Source of the DNA: a virus
Lineage: Duplodnaviria > Caudoviricetes
Direction: 5' to 3' (one strand)
DNA: 42,385 bases
Virus record (IMG/VR): IMGVR_UViG_3300014656_000046
Location: 1 to 42,385 of that record
The notes under the pieces are model-generated. The model saw only the letters and a list, made by a program, of their open reading frames with translations, did no database searches and had not been told where the DNA came from. How positions within the stretch are numbered: the first letter of the stretch is position 1; the number at the start of each line of letters is the position of its first letter. Shown in pieces: positions 10,170-19,872 of the stretch. Made by a program: the position numbers and the translations under genes.

Positions 10170-11114
10170 TTAAGAAACTACGTGGCCGTAGCACCAACGC
10201 CATTCGTTCCACCCATAACCGATTCGGAAATAGATGGAGGTCTTGGCGTAGAAGGTCTCGAAGTCAACAGTTGTGTTAACTTCTCTGGGCACACGGTCGA
10301 TCCACATCAGGTGTTTCTTCATCAGCTTGGAATCCACCATGAACCAGTTGTTTGTGTCGTAGTCGTCAAGGCGAGGGTAAGCCACAACCTTGAACCTACG
10401 GTACTGGCTGTTGATGGTGTTCTCCGCACTGTCGGGGTCAAGTTGGGAACTGGCCCCGGTCTCGGGCATGTAACCCACGGCTTCACAAGTTTCATCAAAC
10501 TTGGCATCTGGAACAACAATCATGTCAGGTTCGATGACGATCCGTTCGCTGATGTCATTACGGAACTGCCGCATCAGGATACGGGTTGCGCCGAGGGCCG
10601 TCTTGCTGATGGCCGTGGTGCCGGAGTTATCGAACCCATAAGTTGTGCTGGTTCCTGACTTGGTACTGTGAGAGGACGAACACAGCGACACTCCTTCCTC
10701 GGAGTACAGGAAGTCGAAGCTGGACGAGAAGGCGTATCCAAAGGTGCGGACGCCGTACTTCTCGCGCACACGGGCGGCTGAGTCGCCAAGAGACCGGGCA
10801 CGGTCACGCAGGACAGGGTACTTATTGTCGTCCAAGAACTTGCGCTCGATCTGAATGGCACCCGCAAACTCCTTGGGCTCGATCCGGTAGGTATAGCCCG
10901 GAGCGATTCCAAGGTATTCCAGCTTCCCGGTGAACTCCGGGACATCGGGCAGGGAACCCACGCTGTAGAATTCCTCCCAAGCTGAATCACTGGGAAGCAT
11001 CTTGTAGAACGAAGGAATCATGGAAGGGAGTTCATCGAACCCGCCCTCAGTGACTTCCTTCTGATCCGCCACTAACAGTTTGACAAATTGTGCTGAGGTT
11101 AAAGGATTTCCCAT
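10170..11114 (-). CDS. Major capsid protein (Mu gpT-like, HK97 fold)
   Basis: 314 aa; SDSAWEEF, EPDMIVVP, NNWFM and FRIGYGWNEWR motifs; lies after scaffold and decoration genes. Confidence 0.85.
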   Translation of the reverse strand: MGNPLTSAQFVKLLVADQKEVTEGGFDELPSMIPSFYKMLPSDSAWEEFYSVGSLPDVPEFTGKLEYLGIAPGYTYRIEPKEFAGAIQIERKFLDDNKYPVLRDRARSLGDSAARVREKYGVRTFGYAFSSSFDFLYSEEGVSLCSSSHSTKSGTSTTYGFDNSGTTAISKTALGATRILMRQFRNDISERIVIEPDMIVVPDAKFDETCEAVGYMPETGASSQLDPDSAENTINSQYRRFKVVAYPRLDDYDTNNWFMVDSKLMKKHLMWIDRVPREVNTTVDFETFYAKTSIYFRIGYGWNEWRWCYGHVVS

Positions 11115-11131
11115 TGTTGTTCACCTCCCCT

Positions 11132-11920
11132 TTAATAGGTAAGCCGGAATATGCAATGCTCTTTTCCGGCTTCTCGGAGGTCTAGAGCAAGGACAAAGAT
11201 GGAAATGTAATTTGTACCATTGTCGGTATCAACATCGAGGTACAACCCCTCTGCATCAAGATATGCCTTGCATTCACCGAACATCTTCAATTCGACGGCG
11301 ACAAAGGTATCTCCAGCGACAATATCACGAGGGAAGTCATGGTCCACGGTCTTGACTGTAGCGGAAGTATCCGTGGTATGACGGTACAGACCCTTATTGT
11401 TTCCACTACGGCAGTAAACCGTAGCGGTGTCAGCCACAACCGTCCCGGCAAAATCCATGAGTCCACCCGAACAGGTAAACCCCGTGCCATCAGTATTTCC
11501 GGTTGTAACTGTCCCAACCGTAATTGCAGTTCCGAAGCTGTTGGTATAAATAGGAGCCTTCAGAACGGTGCCAGGCCCTACTGCGTCAATAAGCGCATAC
11601 CGGGAGGTATCTCCAACCACCATCTTCCCGCTTCCACCTAACAGTACATAACCCGTACTGTCATCGTGGGCAGAAGTAGTAGTAAGAGATTTTTCGGTTT
11701 TATAGGTTGAATCAAAAACAGGTTCCTTCAAGTTGAACCCAACAATAACACCGGCTATAGTGGAAATATCAAAAGCCCCGCTCATCGAACCAACGGGAGC
11801 AACCCCGTCAGAAGATGCCTTAACAAGACTTCCGATATAGAACGTATCTCCAGTGTTAGCGTTGTAATCCAGGGGAACCCAATATCTTCCGTATGAACCC
11901 TGCATTACTTCAATGGCCAT
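11132..11920 (-). CDS. Putative capsid decoration/stabilisation protein
   Basis: Beta-rich, G/T-rich 262 aa with a GGAGG RBS, immediately upstream of the capsid gene. Confidence 0.55.
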   Translation of the reverse strand: MAIEVMQGSYGRYWVPLDYNANTGDTFYIGSLVKASSDGVAPVGSMSGAFDISTIAGVIVGFNLKEPVFDSTYKTEKSLTTTSAHDDSTGYVLLGGSGKMVVGDTSRYALIDAVGPGTVLKAPIYTNSFGTAITVGTVTTGNTDGTGFTCSGGLMDFAGTVVADTATVYCRSGNNKGLYRHTTDTSATVKTVDHDFPRDIVAGDTFVAVELKMFGECKAYLDAEGLYLDVDTDNGTNYISIFVLALDLREAGKEHCIFRLTY

Positions 11921-11947
11921 CTGTAAATCCTCCTTGGATGTTAGTGA

Positions 11948-12316
11948 TTATCCCTTCCAAGTAGGACATCCACAGAACCAGCACCCATGTACCACTTCGG
12001 CTTTCCACCCGCCGTAAGGCTTCTTAGGGCTACTTGCGGCGTCTAATTCACAGAGAGTTTCATGGTGAACACCAAGGGTGTCACAGCAGATAAACTTCAC
12101 ATGGTTTATCTTGTCGGGATCATTAGGGGCGAAAGCCTGGTAGGGATCACTAAGCTCAACATATTGCTTGGCGAGTTGCCCACTGGTTCCTCCCGTAACT
12201 TCTCTCTGGCTGTCGCATATTGCTCCGCAGTTCCAGCAAGAGTAGTAACGGCCAGAGTCGCTCTGGAGTCCGATACCGCCACCCTTAATGGATATGGTTC
12301 TGCGTAGCCTTGCCAT
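11948..12316 (-). CDS. Zn-finger protein (CxxC...CxxC)
   Basis: Start moved to MARLRR (TAATG overlap with the scaffold stop); CWNCG and CWFCG motifs. Confidence 0.55.
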   Translation of the reverse strand: MARLRRTISIKGGGIGLQSDSGRYYSCWNCGAICDSQREVTGGTSGQLAKQYVELSDPYQAFAPNDPDKINHVKFICCDTLGVHHETLCELDAASSPKKPYGGWKAEVVHGCWFCGCPTWKG

Positions 12317-13098
12317 TACTTCTCCTGTAGGTTCCTCTGTGCCCAATCAGCGGGCCGACCGATGCGCTTAATGAAATTAGCGGCGGCTTCGTCCAGTTGA
12401 ACGGGCGGTGGAGCCGAAGTCTGAGTACGAGTACCTACGGGAACTCCCGTGGATACATTGACCGCGTTCGGTCTTGATGCCGGTTGTGTTTGTCTGCTTG
12501 GATTCGCGTACTTCTTGGCCAGAACCGCTTTCATGGCTCGGGAGTAATTCCAGTGGGCATCCGCAATGGGATCTCCGGTCTTGATCTGATTGAATGGAGA
12601 ATTGGGAACCTCGAACATTTCACGGGTGACCTCAGCGTGAAAGTCGGGGTTCTCATCGCCCAGGGAAGTGATCTCCTGGAGAAAGTTGTTCTGGTACTGC
12701 TGACGGGACTGCATCTCCCGCTTGCGCTCGTCTTCCAGGACCTTGCGGACATCGGCAGCCGTGCTGATAATCTCGGTATCAGGCGTGTTCTGCTGACCGT
12801 GGCCCTGAAAGGCGGTTAAGAACTCGTCCATCTTGCGTGTGAACTGAGTAACGTTGTCCTCAATCTTCCTCACGCGCCTGCCGAGCTGAGACCGCTCGGA
12901 TGGATCCGCAGGCTCAATGTCGAAGGCCGGGGGTCTGGCTTCAGGGGCCTGGGGGACGGGCTGAACCGGTTCCTGCGCTTCGGGTAAAGGGGTTTGTGGT
13001 TCCTGACCGTCTCCTTGGAGAGAAGGGGCTGGTTGTAACTGACTAACGTCAGGAGTTACAGCCTGCGAGCTTCCCTGCGGCTGGTTAAGGTCTGTCAT
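12316..13098 (-). CDS. Capsid scaffolding protein
   Basis: P/Q/E-rich disordered N-terminus, coiled middle, short C-terminal helix; between portal and capsid. Confidence 0.65.
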   Translation of the reverse strand: MTDLNQPQGSSQAVTPDVSQLQPAPSLQGDGQEPQTPLPEAQEPVQPVPQAPEARPPAFDIEPADPSERSQLGRRVRKIEDNVTQFTRKMDEFLTAFQGHGQQNTPDTEIISTAADVRKVLEDERKREMQSRQQYQNNFLQEITSLGDENPDFHAEVTREMFEVPNSPFNQIKTGDPIADAHWNYSRAMKAVLAKKYANPSRQTQPASRPNAVNVSTGVPVGTRTQTSAPPPVQLDEAAANFIKRIGRPADWAQRNLQEK

Positions 13099-13148
13099 TT
13101 AACTAATCCTCCTATGTGTAATTTGACTACTCATTGGGCAAAAAAATA

Positions 13149-13373
13149 TTACAGTTTCATCTGCATATTCATACGGTTACTGGCCGTCTTGGTAGACATG
13201 CCAAGGGTCCGGGCCATGGTTGCCGCCTGCTTGTCCAGGACGATGGTGGGGATGAATTCCGCAAGGTATTCGTAGCCTTCCGCACCTAATTGCTCACGGA
13301 CTACCTTCTCGATCATACAGCCCATGCAGATGCCTGATTTACCACAGGAACACCACTCAAGCCTTGGCACCAT
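13149..13373 (-). CDS. Hypothetical Cys-rich small protein
   Basis: 74 aa with CSC and CMGC; overlaps the upstream gene end. Confidence 0.4.
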   Translation of the reverse strand: MVPRLEWCSCGKSGICMGCMIEKVVREQLGAEGYEYLAEFIPTIVLDKQAATMARTLGMSTKTASNRMNMQMKL

Positions 13374-13686
13374 CTTTAAGCTCCTTGCCTAGGTTTAGGA
13401 AAGCAGAAAGCCTATTGGTTACACGGGGTAACCGGGTATTCTTTAAGTAGCGGTACTCTGCCTTCTCTTCATCGTTAGCACTTAAATCCATAACCTTATT
13501 GAATAGTTCCGAGTATCTATCTATGTCGTCCTTTAAGATTTCCCTGCCAACCTCTGAATTATAAACGGCTTCTATGAACGGGATAAGCTTGCCCAAGTCT
13601 GACAAGACACGGGTTGCTTTCCGGCTATTCAGGCTCATGAACCTGGTGATCTCATCGACGCTGAAGGTAAGGTTAAGCTTGTCCAT
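13357..13686 (-). CDS. Hypothetical protein after the portal
   Basis: Start moved to MDKLNLTF (13686), overlapping the portal stop; helical. Confidence 0.55.
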   Translation of the reverse strand: MDKLNLTFSVDEITRFMSLNSRKATRVLSDLGKLIPFIEAVYNSEVGREILKDDIDRYSELFNKVMDLSANDEEKAEYRYLKNTRLPRVTNRLSAFLNLGKELKDGAKA

Positions 13687-15670
13687 ACATTCCCGAACGG
13701 GTATATTGCTCCAAATTACCCTGCGGTAAAGCATTTTGATTACTGATCGGTAATATATTACCCTCTGGCATCATCTGTGCTCCCCCCTGGGCCATCATCT
13801 GCTGTTGGGCCGCCTGGGGCGACTCATCAAACATATACTGGGCAAAGTCAGGGAACTCATTGCCAAATAGCTCAAAAGCCATCTTGAGTAAGTAGTTCAA
13901 TACTTTCGGGGTGTTGGGGTTAGGTATGTTGGCTACCCGTCCCATCATCTGATCTATGATGCTTAACTTCCTGTATTTATTCTGTTCCTGCTCAATGTTG
14001 GCTGACAGGGGCGAATACTTGTAGTCCGCATCTGGATCAAAGTTCACCCAGTCCTCGCCCATAAGGGCCTGTAATGTTTGAGGTCTGGCATACTGGGCGG
14101 TCATCTGAAGGATGATCCAGTAAAAATCCAAGAGGAAGGTGTACTCGAAGGTCAGGGACTTATAGTTGGTACGGCCACTGGTACGGGTTTCTGCCCCGGC
14201 TACCGCGGTGGCCGTGGTGCTAGCATGCTCGGGCAGGCTGCCCATGGTGGTGGGGAACCGGGCAGTGACCTGGTACATGGCATCGCGGAGCATGCCAATC
14301 TGGCTAAGGGCACCCGTAACGTCATCTTCAATCTTGAACTCCACGATGTCCTTCTCGGGATCTTCAAGCTCCATGACATGTTCAGGCTCAAAGTAGATAG
14401 TAGTGTTATCCTCCAGGGCATACTTGCGACCCTTGAGGGTAGGCATGGTAGCCAGCTTGGTACGGTCAGCAGCCATATTGAAGGTATCATTGACTGCCTT
14501 CTGAAGCTCCTGCATGTTCTTGCCGTCAGACAAGCCTGAATCCTTAGTGGGATGGATGTAGCATAGCCCACGAATAAGGGGCCTGAACGGGTTGCCCCGA
14601 CCGTCCCGATTCATCTGGGGCTTGAAGCAAATGAGGATCTTGTTGGAACCCGATAGCACGAAGGTGACCACCGCTTCCACCAGTTCGGCATCCTCAAGGG
14701 GTTCACCACGCTCATCCAGACCGGGTTCAATGGCTATGGGGTAACCGTCCTCACCCCGCTGAGTAACCCTAGCCCACATGGGGCCGAATCGGGTAATAAC
14801 GTCATAGGGTTTCAGGGGAGACTTCGGGGGCTTCTGTTTCTGATTGTCCTTGTTATATGTCTCTCGGCTGGTCTCAGTCTCACTTGGGGGATTAATAGCC
14901 CTGACCAGATTCAGGTTGAAGTAACCATAGTCCTTGGCCTCTGCCTTCAACTCCTCATAGGTACGTTCAGCCCGAATGATTACCCAAGGTTTGGATTGGG
15001 GGCTGTAGTCATAGGTGTTAAGGGTGAACACGTTGCGGGGGTCCAGGACATCATAGTCGAACTGGTCAGCATAGATGTGTTCACCATACACCGGCTCCTG
15101 TTCCACACGGGTGGCCGGAATCTGATTCTGGGTATCCTCCAAGGGGTTCCCATAAATGTCAACATCTAGGGGTACGGTTACATCCCGCATACCCACAACC
15201 GTGGGGGTTGTCCTCTGGGTCCACCAAGCTATGGCCCAAACTTGGCCGAATAGGGCATTGATGGCCCTGCTCCGTACATACTTAAAGAAGTGATACAACC
15301 CCCTGCGATTAAGGGTCTCGTTCAAAAGCTTCTTGGCAGCAGTGCATCTCTCCTTGTTCCCCGGCTCTGCACCCTCAAGCTTGACCTCTACAAAGTCACG
15401 GGTCTGGAAATACTGATTGGCCCAATCGGAAGCCTCGGACAGAATAACGGCTGGAAGTTCCGGCAAGAATACATCGCTCATCCATTCGTAGTCCTTGGCC
15501 GACCGCTTGCACTCCAGCATGTCAACCATGACCTCAAGGTCAGAGGTTTCCCCGCTGTTTTGGTTGCGAACAAGATCGTATTCGTTATCCACCACAATGG
15601 ATGCTAATGCTTGCTCAACCGTATCATTGAATCTGTGCTGTACCGTTCCAACCGCTTTATCTTCTGGCAT
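13673..15670 (-). CDS. Portal protein (P22/SU10-like)
   Basis: 665 aa directly after TerL; FDYDVLDPRNVF, MQELQKAVNDTFN and STTATAVA motifs; Q-rich tail. Confidence 0.85.
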   Translation of the reverse strand: MPEDKAVGTVQHRFNDTVEQALASIVVDNEYDLVRNQNSGETSDLEVMVDMLECKRSAKDYEWMSDVFLPELPAVILSEASDWANQYFQTRDFVEVKLEGAEPGNKERCTAAKKLLNETLNRRGLYHFFKYVRSRAINALFGQVWAIAWWTQRTTPTVVGMRDVTVPLDVDIYGNPLEDTQNQIPATRVEQEPVYGEHIYADQFDYDVLDPRNVFTLNTYDYSPQSKPWVIIRAERTYEELKAEAKDYGYFNLNLVRAINPPSETETSRETYNKDNQKQKPPKSPLKPYDVITRFGPMWARVTQRGEDGYPIAIEPGLDERGEPLEDAELVEAVVTFVLSGSNKILICFKPQMNRDGRGNPFRPLIRGLCYIHPTKDSGLSDGKNMQELQKAVNDTFNMAADRTKLATMPTLKGRKYALEDNTTIYFEPEHVMELEDPEKDIVEFKIEDDVTGALSQIGMLRDAMYQVTARFPTTMGSLPEHASTTATAVAGAETRTSGRTNYKSLTFEYTFLLDFYWIILQMTAQYARPQTLQALMGEDWVNFDPDADYKYSPLSANIEQEQNKYRKLSIIDQMMGRVANIPNPNTPKVLNYLLKMAFELFGNEFPDFAQYMFDESPQAAQQQMMAQGGAQMMPEGNILPISNQNALPQGNLEQYTRSGMYGQA

Positions 15671-15684
15671 TTCTATACCTCAGA

Positions 15685-17291
15685 TCAGACCCGTGCGCCG
15701 AAGTATGCCTTGTGCCCACCTGGACGGTCCTTGACGAACTGCCCGGCATACCGACCGGAATTGAACCCCGGATGCTTAAATATACATTCAATGGCTATGG
15801 GGTAATGGCTCCAACGCTGCTGCGGACTGTCCTTGACATCCTTGATTAGAAGCTGATCCCGGCTGGCCCACTCTCCCAACGCCAGTTCTTTACACTGGCA
15901 ATAGTCTCACGGCAAGTGTCCAGGAACCAGATGGTGGGCAAATGGGTCACATGATCACCCTTGATAACTCGGTTATTGAATGGCCTGCCGCACAGCCGGG
16001 AATTCCTGAGCCGTTCCTTGAATCGTTCGCGGCCCACGGTAGCCTTAGTGTCCCAAGTCTGCCAGAAGCCGCCCGTGCCGATACCCTCGCGCTTGAACTC
16101 ATGGAACAGGCGGTTCAGGTCGTCCAGGGTGGTGCTGCCCGTATTGGGAAGCTTCTTGGCCGACAGGGGGTCGATGAGGTTCAGGGGATACTTGTAGTCC
16201 TTGGACCGATAGGCCACGTTCCGGGCTATCTCAAGAGTAACCATCTTCTCAGGGCTCGGAGAGTATTCCTGATACACAAAACACTCATTCTCAGAAGATA
16301 GAGCAAGCCAAGTACAAGCCCAAGCATTTCGTTCATGGTAATCTATACCCCGCACGTGAAGCCAAGCATGGAGAAGGCCATCAGGAAAGTATTTGTCTTC
16401 ACTGATAATGTGAATCGTAGGGTCGAACTCCTTAAATATCTGGCCCGTAACCTGACGGAAGATTCCGTACCTGCGAATATCTATGATGTCCTGATCGTCT
16501 ATATTGGCATCCCAGCTGTCGATAACTTTCTTGCTCAGAGATGGATTGTCATACGTGCTGGCCTGGAATACCACGATGTCCGTAGGGTTCTCCGTAGTCT
16601 CATAGCTTGACTTGGTTTCCTTGCCGTAACGCTCCTTGACCCGGTTCCTGACGTAGTGGGTACGGACATAATACTTAGCCCGGGAGTACAATTCGTCAAA
16701 CTCCCAACCCATGAACTCAGCAGGGGTCAGGGTGTAGATCAAGTCCCCGTCCGCAGCAAGCAACCTCTGGATTTGTTCCTCATAGAACTGCTGGCTACAA
16801 GACTCGTCTATCCACACGCTCTTGCGCTGAACCCCGGCAGTGGCCTGGATCTCCTGGTTGAAACTGACGAACTCAACGTAGATGTCCGGCCCGCCCTGGG
16901 GATCGGCAATGGTTATCACCGGCTTGCGGATAGTGATGTCACCCTTGACAAGATACTTGGGCAGGTAACGCTTGAAGGCCGGGTACTGGGTGTTCTTGAC
17001 CTCCCCGCCCGTAGGATCATTGGGCAACGTCTGGCTACAGAACCTGAAGGTACGAATGGCATCCGTGGGCTTCAGGTTCTTCTCCTTGGTCGGATGATAA
17101 CCATAGATGCGAAGAACGTACTGCCAAGCCACAACGCTGGTCTTGCCGAACTGGTTGCCGGTGAACCAGGATAATACCCTTGCCGGGCAGTTCAGGAAGC
17201 GGTCGATAATCCAGGTCCGCTTGAAGGAACAGAGACCCGCAAGGTCGTTGATCTGGGCTATAAGTTTTGGGTCAAGCTCGTTTACGTTCAT
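15685..17291 (-). CDS. terL: Terminase large subunit, with a -1 frame break near 15873
   Basis: Start MNVNELDPK (17291). Walker A GNQFGKT, Walker B VWIDE, YTLTP motif, nuclease RGIDYH. The C-terminal SHYPIAIEC segment lies in the -1 frame (15685-15873). Confidence 0.85.
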
Positions 17292-17593
17292 GCCAGGTGA
17301 ATGATGATCTTCCCACTGCCTACGCCTGAAATGGCGATGCACAGGTTCTTAATGTAGCCATCAAAATACTTGATGATGGACTGGTTGGCCGTGGTACACT
17401 GCTCGCCGAAGATAGCGTTCCCGCCAACCGCATCCGTAATAGCTGCGGTGTGGGCCGTAGATGTCGGCGTCTGCCATTCGATGGACTTGACCTTCAGGGG
17501 CGTACCCGTGGAGAATCCCAGGGACGAGCATACGTCTATTGCGCTCGTGAAGGTGTCCAGGACGACCGGATTTCCGGTAAAGCTGTTTGCCAT
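17288..17593 (-). CDS. Small beta-rich virion/decoration-like protein
   Basis: 101 aa, GGAGG RBS, coupled to TerL by an ATGA overlap. Confidence 0.55.
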   Translation of the reverse strand: MANSFTGNPVVLDTFTSAIDVCSSLGFSTGTPLKVKSIEWQTPTSTAHTAAITDAVGGNAIFGEQCTTANQSIIKYFDGYIKNLCIAISGVGSGKIIIHLA

Positions 17594-17602
17594 GCTGTCC
17601 TC

Positions 17603-18043
17603 CTAAGCTGTACGCTTCCAGATATAAACCGTGAAGTAGGGCGGAACGATGTTCTGAATAGCCGAGCCGCCGCTTCCGCTTGATCCCGTGTAACTCGCAT
17701 CCGTCTCTGTCGAACTACCGCCCGTTCTAAGATTTGCAGCCAAGATGGTATGCGAATGATCTATGCTATGGACGTGGGACATATCCTTCGTCTTGCTGCC
17801 GCCTGTTTCTTCGGGTGTATCAAAGTCCTCGTCCGTTCCATCTTGCCCGACAAGAAACTTGCCATTGGCTATTTGCGACCACGTTCCGTATCCAAGCAGG
17901 GTATTAGGGTTAGTGCTTACCACCGCAAGGAATACGGCACCTACCGGGAACGCTTCCCCCGCACCGCCGGAATGACTGTGCAGGGAAATCGTACTGCCGT
18001 CAACCAAGCTCTTGTGCGCTACCGGCTCGTTCTGAATGGCCAT
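17603..18043 (-). CDS. T4 gp10 C-terminal-like fibre domain protein
   Basis: FPVGAVFL...NPNTLLGYGTW...GKFLVG...ETGGSKT...PPYFTVYIWKRTA. Confidence 0.75.
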   Translation of the reverse strand: MAIQNEPVAHKSLVDGSTISLHSHSGGAGEAFPVGAVFLAVVSTNPNTLLGYGTWSQIANGKFLVGQDGTDEDFDTPEETGGSKTKDMSHVHSIDHSHTILAANLRTGGSSTETDASYTGSSGSGGSAIQNIVPPYFTVYIWKRTA

Positions 18044-18360
18044 TAAACCGCCACATCATCGTAGGATGCCTGTAGCTTACCGTCTGCGTTTCTCTCGACA
18101 GAGACGACCTTGAACTGACCCGTAGTCGGGCTGGTCTTGACATAACCCCTAGCCGTGTCGGACATTGAATCAAGGTTGGCCTTGGCCACACCGGAATCCA
18201 GCTTCACACTGGTAACTTCGGCATCCGCCAGGGGCCGGGCTGCTGCGGCCACGGAACTGGCCCGAGTAATCTGGGCCGAAGCAGAGTTAACCTTTCCAAC
18301 GATCTCATCGTCCGTGTACGACTGAGCATTGGGGTCAAGAACCATTGTCTGAATAGCCAT
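18043..18360 (-). CDS. Small hypothetical structural protein
   Basis: 105 aa with RBS; C-terminus resembles that of 18372-18626. Confidence 0.55.
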   Translation of the reverse strand: MAIQTMVLDPNAQSYTDDEIVGKVNSASAQITRASSVAAAARPLADAEVTSVKLDSGVAKANLDSMSDTARGYVKTSPTTGQFKVVSVERNADGKLQASYDDVAV

Positions 18361-18371
18361 CTTTTTTCTCC

Positions 18372-18626
18372 TTATAGTACTGGGGTATCGTCATAAGTAA
18401 TCACTAACTTGCCGTTGTCCGGGTTGACATAAATATTTGTGACCTTGAAATAACCGGATGGAGGGCTGGAAAGTGAACCGCCAAGCTTGGAAATAGTGGC
18501 ATCGGTCAAATCAACTTGCAGGTGGCCACTTTCGTCAATAATGGTCGGCTTCCAATCCGTTCCATCCCAACCCCAACTTGCTATTCCCTGAAACGGGAAT
18601 GGGTTTACATCTGAATCGTATCCCAT
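18372..18626 (-). CDS. Small hypothetical structural protein
   Basis: 84 aa; WDGTDWKP...GHLQVD fibre-like motif. Confidence 0.5.
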   Translation of the reverse strand: MGYDSDVNPFPFQGIASWGWDGTDWKPTIIDESGHLQVDLTDATISKLGGSLSSPPSGYFKVTNIYVNPDNGKLVITYDDTPVL

Positions 18627-18628
18627 GA

Positions 18629-19144
18629 CTATATAGCCTTATTTATAAACGCCTGAACATCCGAACTGCACAGCAACGGGATGGATTGATCAATCGTCTC
18701 ATCATCCCAATTCCACCAGGCGATGCTTAATAGTTTCTCAATAATGACATGGGGGAACCGGAGACCCACAACCCTTGCGGGATTGCCCATGACGATGGTA
18801 TAGGAATTAACCTCGCCGCACACTACGGAGTTGCTTCTGACTATGGCCCCGTTACGGATAGTCGTATCGTGCAGGAGGACTACGTTGTGGCCGATGCACA
18901 CATCGTTCTCGATGGTAACGGTATCGTTGTGGTCCACCGTGGGACACTCAGTATCCAAGCCCACAAGCCTGCGCTCAAAAGGATACGTGCTAATCCAGTT
19001 GTTTCTGTGGTCCTCAAGTATGATGGCCTGCACACCATTGCCTATGGTACAGTAGTTGCCCACGCGAACCGTGCCCCTGTGGGCGAATATCCGGCCCGTT
19101 GTGTGTCTCCCGTAGGTTATGTCTGCGGCGTAGAACGTACTCAT
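18629..19144 (-). CDS. Hexapeptide-repeat O-acetyltransferase (CatB/Vat-related), copy 2
   Basis: Start moved to MSTFYAA (19144); VRVGNYCTIG, HRNNWISTYPF, IENDVCIG, GNPARV, IAWWNW. Confidence 0.85.
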   Translation of the reverse strand: MSTFYAADITYGRHTTGRIFAHRGTVRVGNYCTIGNGVQAIILEDHRNNWISTYPFERRLVGLDTECPTVDHNDTVTIENDVCIGHNVVLLHDTTIRNGAIVRSNSVVCGEVNSYTIVMGNPARVVGLRFPHVIIEKLLSIAWWNWDDETIDQSIPLLCSSDVQAFINKAI

Positions 19145-19146
19145 GG

Positions 19147-19359
19147 TTACATCTGCAAGCTCATGGTCAGGAATATCTGCCCGTCCCCGCCTATAGCTAC
19201 GCTGGGGAATGTACCCGAAGTGGGGTCGAACGTGCCCCAGCTTACGGCAAAGTGCGCCCGGGATTTGAAGTACGCAGCCGATACCCCGGCCCGGTAGAAG
19301 AACCATCCAACGTATGGGTAATAAGTCTTGGTCGGGTATCCGGGGGCCGTGCTTGCCAT
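19147..19359 (-). CDS. Small aromatic-rich hypothetical protein
   Basis: 70 aa that exactly fills the gap between the two acetyltransferase genes. Confidence 0.5.
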   Translation of the reverse strand: MASTAPGYPTKTYYPYVGWFFYRAGVSAAYFKSRAHFAVSWGTFDPTSGTFPSVAIGGDGQIFLTMSLQM

Positions 19360-19872
19360 TTACGTACTCCTTATTGTTACTATGTCAATGAATGCCTGAA
19401 CATCGGGGCTGGAAAGCAAGGGTGCGTATTCCCTGACCATCTCATCCGGCCAGTCCCACCAGGCTATGGCTAAGAGTGCTTCTATCTGCTCATCGCTGAA
19501 CCGCTTGCGGATCACCCTTGCCGGGTTGCCCACGGCTATGGAATAGGGCGGAATTCGGCCATGGACAACCGAATAACTTCCGATTATTGCTCCATCGCAA
19601 ACGTGGGTGTTTTCCAGAAGAACCGCACTCATGCCGATCCATACATCGTTGCCCACGATAACATCGGGGTTCTGCCTGAGACCGTTATTGGGAGCATTAA
19701 TGTTCCACCTGTTCCTGAACGGATAAGTACTGATCCATGCCGGGTTATGGTCTGAAAGAATGGCCGCGGTTACGCCCCCGGCTATGGAGCAGTACTTTCC
19801 TACGGTAACCCGGCCTCCCCAGGGAACCTTGATGCTACCGTAGGAATGTTTGCCCATGCTTGTCTTACTCAA
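19360..19872 (-). CDS. Hexapeptide-repeat O-acetyltransferase (CatB/Vat-related), copy 1
   Basis: VGKYCSIA, HNPAWISTYPF, VGNDVWIG, GNPARVIRKRF, IAWWDWP. Confidence 0.9.
   Translation of the reverse strand: MSKTSMGKHSYGSIKVPWGGRVTVGKYCSIAGGVTAAILSDHNPAWISTYPFRNRWNINAPNNGLRQNPDVIVGNDVWIGMSAVLLENTHVCDGAIIGSYSVVHGRIPPYSIAVGNPARVIRKRFSDEQIEALLAIAWWDWPDEMVREYAPLLSSPDVQAFIDIVTIRST

Noticed and set aside
1590-19306. Long N-terminal extensions in the ORF track (starts at 2150, 6021, 12346, 13734, 17342, 19306)
   Set aside because: They overlap upstream genes; downstream ATGs at or near the upstream stop codons (1994, 5886, 12316, 13686, 17291, 19144) fit better.
18629-19872. catB/vat antibiotic-resistance genes
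   Set aside because: The fold is shared with sugar O-acetyltransferases, and the glycosyltransferase/methyltransferase context favours glycan acetylation; no gene symbol assigned.
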